In this document: positions 58,562 to 64,000 of the stretch, one piece after another | How positions within the stretch are numbered: position 1 is the stretch's first letter | How the letters are laid out: the number at the start of each line of letters is the position of its first letter | From: a virus | Lineage: Duplodnaviria > Caudoviricetes | DNA: 64,000 bases | IMG/VR virus record: IMGVR_UViG_3300015608_002119 | Coordinates: 64,001 to 128,000 of that record | Strand: one strand, 5' to 3' | Position numbers and translations under genes: made by a program | Notes under the pieces: model-generated | Database searches by the model: none | The model's input: the letters and a program-made list of their open reading frames with translations, nothing else | Told to the model about the DNA's origin: nothing

Positions 58562-58945
58562 ATGAACGAGGCCGATATCATGCAGTCAGACACATCGGTA
58601 CGACGCTGCTTTGAGCCTGGGAAGCTCTATAGGATCGACCGATGGTTTTGGCTTCTGTTTCCAACAAAGGAAACAGCCGCCGCCGCTGCCGCAGCCACCC
58701 GCGCCTCCGCCGCCGCGCTCACCCGCGCCTCCGCCGCCGCCTCTTGGGCTTCCTATTGGTCAAAAGAACTGAATTGCAATGTCTCCTTCATGAGTAAAGG
58801 AGACATTTTGATGGTTGTTGAAGTTGCCGGTGAACAAATGAAAGTTATCAGCCAAGAAGGAAAGAGCGGTTGGATAAACTTTCCTGCCGGTGAGGAATGG
58901 ACGAAGAATGCCATCGTTGAATCCGCCAAAGGCGTCCTAAACTAG
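58562..58945 (+). CDS. SH3-like variable-loop protein, copy 5 (dispersed)
   Basis: Same framework as 55135; 24-codon Ala-rich insert at 58676-58747 with an internal 24-nt-period repeat. Confidence 0.85.
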   Translation: MNEADIMQSDTSVRRCFEPGKLYRIDRWFWLLFPTKETAAAAAAATRASAAALTRASAAASWASYWSKELNCNVSFMSKGDILMVVEVAGEQMKVISQEGKSGWINFPAGEEWTKNAIVESAKGVLN

Positions 58946-58976
58946 AAGACCGGCCGTTTCTCAATAGTAGAGAGAT

Positions 58977-59363
58977 ATGAGGTTAACAAAAATGTACACG
59001 CGCCGATCCACGCCGATTCCATATTACAGCATGTATATCACGCCGCACGCACACTTTGCTTCGGTCGAGGAGGCAAAGGGCGCCATAAGGGCTGTGTATT
59101 ATTGCTGCTTGTCGATGACGACCTATTTTCCCGGTAGCATCGACAAGGCGTTTACTGATGAACTCGCGGCAGCCGAGACGTTCCGAGATGTTTGTGACCT
59201 GTTCGATGGCTGGTTTATCGTTACCCGTTCGGCAACGCACGAGCATTACACCGCCACGTTTCGTGTCGGCGGTCGTGTTCTGACCCAGCACCAGTTCACA
59301 CCCGGCAGCCAAGCCACCCAGCCGCCCGACCCGTGCCCGATCTTTTCCGGGACGGGTTCCTGA
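58977..59363 (+). CDS. hypothetical protein; 3' end runs into the 98-bp element
   Basis: Last about 18 codons are read from repeat copy F. Confidence 0.5.
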   Translation: MRLTKMYTRRSTPIPYYSMYITPHAHFASVEEAKGAIRAVYYCCLSMTTYFPGSIDKAFTDELAAAETFRDVCDLFDGWFIVTRSATHEHYTATFRVGGRVLTQHQFTPGSQATQPPDPCPIFSGTGS

Positions 59364-59406
59364 TCATCCAGAACATTTGCGGGCTCAGAACGGGCGTATA
59401 GGAGCT
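59309..59406. repeat. 98-bp dispersed element, copy F
   Basis: About 80/98 identical to 4681-4778 without gaps. Confidence 0.9.
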
Positions 59407-59421
59407 CCTGGTATAATGGCG

Positions 59422-59451
59422 TTGACTCTCCTGGTCCCGGCATGCTAAGGT
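59422..59451 (+). promoter_or_regulatory. sigma70-type early promoter
   Basis: TTGACT-18-TAAGGT with TGC. Confidence 0.65.
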
Positions 59452-59516
59452 GTGTTTAAGTTCATACAGCAACACATCAATCACCATCAGCCATCGCAAG
59501 GAACAACAAACAATAA

Positions 59517-59702
59517 ATGCGTGACCTATTCAACATGATTCTGTCTCTGGTTGGACTCGGCTTCAGTTGCGCAGCTCTCACATCTGAGATCAACGGCAAT
59601 CCGGAGCATCCATGGCTCATCTTTCTTAACCTTTTGTGCTTTGCCGGGAAACATCCTGTACGTGCACAACTCATGGACAAAGCATGCGAAATGGTGATGT
59701 GA
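59517..59702 (+). CDS. small hypothetical membrane protein
   Basis: Two hydrophobic stretches; follows a promoter and an AC-rich leader. Confidence 0.4.
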   Translation: MRDLFNMILSLVGLGFSCAALTSEINGNPEHPWLIFLNLLCFAGKHPVRAQLMDKACEMVM

Positions 59703-59704
59703 GC

Positions 59705-59890
59705 ATGACAACTTCATTAATTTCTATCACCGAGGATCAGCTGGCCGAGTTCATCTATGGCTTGCGGCTTGATCCGGGCTCGACCGGGTTTGACTGCAAT
59801 GACCAAGTAACCGGAGAGCGTGTGCGCGTGATCCGAGAGTGGAACGACGCACTGAACGGGTACGTGCTCACCTTTGTTCATGACGAATAA
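59705..59890 (+). CDS. hypothetical protein
   Basis: ATG at 59705 in the frame of track ORF 59636. Confidence 0.5.
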   Translation: MTTSLISITEDQLAEFIYGLRLDPGSTGFDCNDQVTGERVRVIREWNDALNGYVLTFVHDE

Positions 59891-60179
59891 CAGACACCGC
59901 CGGGAAGCAAAGCAATCATGAGTGATAGTAGTAGCAGCGGCGACGGTCTAAGCGGGCATCGGTTAAAGATCGCCTCTAACGTTATTGTGTGGATGTTCTT
60001 CACCTGGGCGTTCACCTGGGCGCCTCATTCTTTGCCTTCACAGGATGGCTGTACTCTGGTGTGCGCGCGCTAATCGCAATTGCCAACGTTGGCAGGGATC
60101 GGCCGTAACACCCGTCTCTATCCGCTGTCGTTATCAACCTGGGTATGGTGTTGAGCTATTGTCGGACAATGTTGCAGCG

Positions 60180-60563
60180 CTAGTTGTTGGCGTTAAGTCG
60201 TCGGAGCAACTCCGCTGCGCGCTTGCTTGGTTGTTTGGTAAGGAATCCCTTGCCACGACCTTGACTGTACGGAACTGGTGTGTCAAACTGGCCAGCCGTA
60301 GGATCCAAGACTTCACCGGTAACCTTGTTCTTGAGGTACCAGTGAGGACTGCCCTCGTGTTGTATGTTGCAAGGTACCCAGTCCTTGCTTCCCAACAAGT
60401 GATAGAGTGCTTCGGAGGCCACGTAGCAGTGGCCTGTGAGCGGGTTCTTGTTGCCTTTATATGGTGGCCTTCTCAGGTCGTCCGTGAGCTGAGCAACGAT
60501 ATCACGCATGAGCGATTCCGGGTCTCGGTACTGCTCGACAAACAACAGGCGGTAAAGCATCAT
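60180..60563 (-). CDS. YunG-like / papain-fold (C-H-D) small protein
   Basis: NP..GHCYVASEA, HWYL, LDPT..QF. Confidence 0.55.
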   Translation of the reverse strand: MMLYRLLFVEQYRDPESLMRDIVAQLTDDLRRPPYKGNKNPLTGHCYVASEALYHLLGSKDWVPCNIQHEGSPHWYLKNKVTGEVLDPTAGQFDTPVPYSQGRGKGFLTKQPSKRAAELLRRLNANN

Positions 60564-60599
60564 AGGCTCTCGCTCCGTAAATAGAAAACGAATAATGCA

Positions 60600-60628
60600 T
60601 TGACTTGGGGCGCGCGCCGTGGTACCAT
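60600..60628 (+). promoter_or_regulatory. sigma70-type early promoter
   Basis: TTGACT-17-TACCAT with TGG. Confidence 0.75.
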
Positions 60629-60637
60629 CGGAGCATC

Positions 60638-61648
60638 ATGCAACAAAAACAGTATACGGTGTACGTGTCTGGGATACAGCCGTCCGGTACAATGCACCTG
60701 GGAAACTACTTCGGCGCAATAAAGCCGATGCTCGATCTCAGGGCATCAAGTCATGACGCAGAGCTGGCAATGTTCGTGGCCAACTACCACGCCATGACCA
60801 CACAGACCGACGCCAAGCGGCTATCCGAGGATACCAGGATCATGGTCCTCACGCTCAGAGCGCTCGGGCTCGACCCGCACGTGCAATCGACGTTTCCAAT
60901 TATGCATGAGGTCGCTGGCCTGCTGTCAAACGTGGCGTCGTTTGGGTTGCTGAGGCGCAATGGCGCGTTCAAGACCAAGAACGGCAACGCCAATGCAGAC
61001 CCGCGCACTCACGGCCTGTTCTCGTACCCGCTCTTGATGACCGCAGACATTCTCGTGTTTGGATATCGAGGTCCAAACACGAACATCGCTGTGGTCGTGG
61101 GGCCTGATCAGATGCAACACCTGGAGATCGCTCAGGAAATCATCGCGGCGTTCAATCTCCGGTTCAACGCAAACTTGCCAATACCCAAGGCTGTTTGTTT
61201 GTCCGGCGTCACTGTGCCCGGCACTGACGGCCGCAAGATGTCAAAGAGTTACAAGAACATCATCCCGGTCATTGGCACTGACGCCGAGTACAAGAAGGCC
61301 ATCAACTCGATTGTCACCGACTCTATGCCGGTCGATGAGCCAAAGAGCCCGTATAACCGTACGCCCTATGTCCTGTATGACCTGTTGGAAAACGACAAGG
61401 CCAAGGCCGGTGAGATGGCAAGGAAGTACCTCGCTGGTGGCTATGGCGACGGCCACGCCAAGAAGGAGTTGCTGGCGAAGGTAATCGAAACGTTTGGACC
61501 GGTCTGTGATCGGTTCAGAAACATGCTTGACTCTGCCGCGGAGTTTCAGGTACAGTACACGGCTAGCGATGACCGAGACTCTAACGCAAGGTCGCATGCG
61601 AACAACCTTGCGAAGTACATGCGCAACAAGGCGGGGGTAGTTTGTTAG
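60638..61648 (+). CDS. trpS: tryptophanyl-tRNA synthetase
   Basis: SGIQPSG..HLGNY.GA, A.YHA.T, VQS, YPLLM.ADIL, G.DQ.QHLE, PGTDGRKMSKS. Confidence 0.9.
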   Translation: MQQKQYTVYVSGIQPSGTMHLGNYFGAIKPMLDLRASSHDAELAMFVANYHAMTTQTDAKRLSEDTRIMVLTLRALGLDPHVQSTFPIMHEVAGLLSNVASFGLLRRNGAFKTKNGNANADPRTHGLFSYPLLMTADILVFGYRGPNTNIAVVVGPDQMQHLEIAQEIIAAFNLRFNANLPIPKAVCLSGVTVPGTDGRKMSKSYKNIIPVIGTDAEYKKAINSIVTDSMPVDEPKSPYNRTPYVLYDLLENDKAKAGEMARKYLAGGYGDGHAKKELLAKVIETFGPVCDRFRNMLDSAAEFQVQYTASDDRDSNARSHANNLAKYMRNKAGVVC

Positions 61649-61816
61649 CTGCCGGTTTCTTCGGTTCAACAACAATGACCAGCCTGGCTATGGATGAGGC
61701 AAGGTTATCGAGAGCCGCGGCACTAGTCGCACTAGCGCATGGTGACCGAGCGTTGGCCGTGTTCTGGGCTCACCGATGGTTGGGCATGCTGGCAAAGCTA
61801 AACGCAGAAAGCACTT

Positions 61817-62200
61817 GTGATGACGAATAATAACAACAGCGGCAATGATGACAACGACGAGCATTCCGTACCTCCGAGCAAGCTGCGTGTAGCTGTCAAC
61901 GGGATTCTCGGCAAGCTGATCCTGGCGCCTCTCGTTTTGTTGGCGGTCGGCGCCAACACGTTCATTGGGAAAGGGAAGCCCGACTGGGTTAAGGCGTTTG
62001 ATCAGTATGCCGAAGACATACAGGGTGGGTTCGTGACCGTCTGCTGCATGATTGTGTTTATCATGGGCCTAACAACGGCCTTCGTTGTATTGGTTCTGGG
62101 GCCTCTGGTCGGTACCGGTACTGCCGCTGTCATTGGATGGTTTACATTCCCGGTGGGCTCGACCGCGTGGGATCTGGCAACGTTGGAAGATGAGCGATGA
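61817..62200 (+). CDS. hypothetical membrane protein
   Basis: Two to three hydrophobic helices. Confidence 0.6.
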   Translation: MMTNNNNSGNDDNDEHSVPPSKLRVAVNGILGKLILAPLVLLAVGANTFIGKGKPDWVKAFDQYAEDIQGGFVTVCCMIVFIMGLTTAFVVLVLGPLVGTGTAAVIGWFTFPVGSTAWDLATLEDER

Positions 62201-63021
62201 GTCCGCGCCGGGTTCTCTTTCTACATGACCCAAAACTCCTGGATCCAGGGGAACTTGAAGCCGTACGCGAGTATACACCATGGGTGCTGGCTGAGTCCGT
62301 GTTGGACGTGATGCCTGGAGATCTTGTTATTGCTCGGCATACAGTATGGCCATGGCCGCGCAGGGTGGAGCGGGATGTTATCCGTCAGGGTGGCGAACTT
62401 CTGAACTCAGCCAGGGCGTACGCATATGCGGACTCTCCGGCGTCATGGAGCTATGACCTGGAGGATTTGACTCCGCGTACATGGACTGACTTTAGCCGGT
62501 TGCCAGACGGCCCGTCCTTCATTGTCAAGGGAGCAAAGGCCGACAAGTCGCGCTGGGACCGTATGTTTGCCGCAGATGCTTCGGCGGCGCGTTCTCTAAT
62601 GGCCGAACTTTCGCGTGAAACGGCAAGCCGTGGAGAAGAGTTGGTTGCGCGAGAGTATGTGCCGCTTGAGCGCCTTGGTGGACTGAGCGGCGCTTGCCCA
62701 GTGTCGACTGAGTTCCGGGTGTTCGTGCTGGACGGGGAAGTGCTTGCGACCGGGTTCTATTGGGACCCGGCAGACTGTGATATTCCGCCGCCTCACCAAA
62801 AGGTAATTCCGGAGCAGTTCCTTCGTGCGGCGATAAGGCGCCTGGAAGAGAGCCGCTGCCCCGTTCGCTATTACGTGCTCGATGTGGCGCGCACAATGGC
62901 CGGTGATTGGGTCGTGATCGAGATGAACGACGGCCAGCGGGCCGGGCTCAGCACCGTCGATCCAGGCATTCTCTATGAGCGCGCTGCTCGGGTGCTTTCG
63001 CGCGACCACGAGCAGAGATAA
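62197..63021 (+). CDS. ATP-grasp domain protein (R2K/DUF4343-like)
   Basis: TP.T, FIVKG, REYVPL, EFRVFV..G....YW, LDVA....W.VIE.NDGQ..GL. Confidence 0.8.
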   Translation: MSPRRVLFLHDPKLLDPGELEAVREYTPWVLAESVLDVMPGDLVIARHTVWPWPRRVERDVIRQGGELLNSARAYAYADSPASWSYDLEDLTPRTWTDFSRLPDGPSFIVKGAKADKSRWDRMFAADASAARSLMAELSRETASRGEELVAREYVPLERLGGLSGACPVSTEFRVFVLDGEVLATGFYWDPADCDIPPPHQKVIPEQFLRAAIRRLEESRCPVRYYVLDVARTMAGDWVVIEMNDGQRAGLSTVDPGILYERAARVLSRDHEQR

Positions 63022-63035
63022 ACGGTACACACAAC

Positions 63036-64000
63036 ATGGAAACCTACACACAAGCCAGCAAAGCGTCATCATTCACCGTTTGTCAGTCGACTTGGCCAAA
63101 GTTTGCAGTCGACTGGTGGATTCCGATTGACGTGCCGTTGTCAAAGTTCATTGCACATGTCACGGAGTTGGAGGACTGCGGCTATCGTGTTGATGATTGT
63201 GGGTATGGCGCATATCGCATCACGTGCTTGGCACACTCCGGGCCGCGATCGTTATCGTTGGAGCTTGAAATAAAAAAGTTGATTGAGCTGGTCGACCTAG
63301 GCCAAAAGGAGTCCACGTGCTTCCTGAGCTTGTACAATGGCACGTGGAGCAAACACGCGAAGAAACATCAGCTACCATCCGGCCTGACATATGCCAACTA
63401 TTGTCGGCTTATGTGTAAGCTGGCCGATATGCGCGGTGACATTCGCGCGATCGTTACCCGCGACAACCTAAACTGTTATTGGCATCCGACGCCGAACGTG
63501 AACGTCGATGAACTGATATCCAGCTTAAACGCCGATATTGTGACAGTGTATATCGACGGCAGCTCGCCGACCGCGGATACCAACGCCTCGGGTTGCGACA
63601 TGGGCTCGTTTACAGAGAGCGGCAATCCCATTGACTCGTCGAAGACCGTCGTAGTATCATTGCCCTCGACGGCAGCGAAGGACCAGCCAACAGCTGTTAC
63701 TTCTAGCAATACCAACATCACCAAAGAGAAAAAAGGGACAAACAACAACATGGTTTCTACAAAAGAAGCAAACAACAGCAGCGGTCAGACGAGCATGTGC
63801 GAGTCGGTCACCGACAGGCTCGACAAGGCTAAGTCCCGCGCCGGGAGGCTGGCAAAGGAGGCTGGCCACCGGATCGCGGTGCGCCAGGGCGCCAAGACGG
63901 CCAAGGTCGTCATCTCGTCCGTGCTACCGGAGCAGCAACGAGCCTCGTTCCAGTCAGCGACCGACACAACGATCGGCGACGCTGCCTTTCGTGGGCTCCT
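63036..64000 (+). CDS. hypothetical protein (runs off the window end)
   Basis: Open frame from ATG 63036 to the end with no stop; not in the ORF track. Confidence 0.65.
   Translation, partial: METYTQASKASSFTVCQSTWPKFAVDWWIPIDVPLSKFIAHVTELEDCGYRVDDCGYGAYRITCLAHSGPRSLSLELEIKKLIELVDLGQKESTCFLSLYNGTWSKHAKKHQLPSGLTYANYCRLMCKLADMRGDIRAIVTRDNLNCYWHPTPNVNVDELISSLNADIVTVYIDGSSPTADTNASGCDMGSFTESGNPIDSSKTVVVSLPSTAAKDQPTAVTSSNTNITKEKKGTNNNMVSTKEANNSSGQTSMCESVTDRLDKAKSRAGRLAKEAGHRIAVRQGAKTAKVVISSVLPEQQRASFQSATDTTIGDAAFRGL

Noticed and set aside
63730-63790. AAC-rich stretch as a DGR template for the SH3 cassettes (also 38155-38180 and 61825-61860)
   Set aside because: These lack the cassette flanks, differ at non-adenine positions, and lie in Asn-rich coding segments.
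1-64000. CRISPR array, tRNA/rRNA genes, inteins, reverse transcriptase, integrase
   Set aside because: No regularly spaced repeats, cloverleaf or T-loop signatures, intein ends or RT motifs were recognised by eye; tRNAscan-SE and HMM searches would be needed to exclude them formally.

Overview
64-kb segment of a large, probably jumbo, myovirus-type dsDNA phage genome in the standard genetic code, with almost all genes on the + strand. It falls into four parts. (1) 1-7.7 kb: a sugar-modification cluster (several glycosyltransferases, GSCFA, PIG-L deacetylase, WbqC). One GT4 gene there is split by a 271-nt group I intron and is preceded by a decayed Vsr/DUF559-type endonuclease. (2) 8-37 kb: a gp55-like late sigma factor, a baseplate/tail module (gp5-, gp25- and gp6-like, LamG and FN3-like proteins, many rich in [ST]GS motifs) and a gp4-like head-completion nuclease. 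(3) 37-41 kb: RuvC-like resolvase, ART-like and Dps-like genes. (4) 41-64 kb: an early accessory region driven by about 12 near-identical TTGACT-N17/18-TAnnnn promoters, many of them apparently leaderless. It holds about 25 paralogous small SH3/KOW-like beta-barrel genes (several pseudogenised), plus an RNA ligase, cyclic-phosphate receiver, metallophosphoesterase, TrpRS and an ATP-grasp protein. The most notable signals are: a five-member SH3-like subfamily with conserved frameworks around a hypervariable GC-rich cassette next to a DNA hairpin; a 98-bp dispersed element and related helically periodic patches spaced about 11 kb apart; two exact 14-nt duplications that frameshift early genes; and a 17-mer found three times. 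All family calls come from motif recognition by eye; no database search was run.
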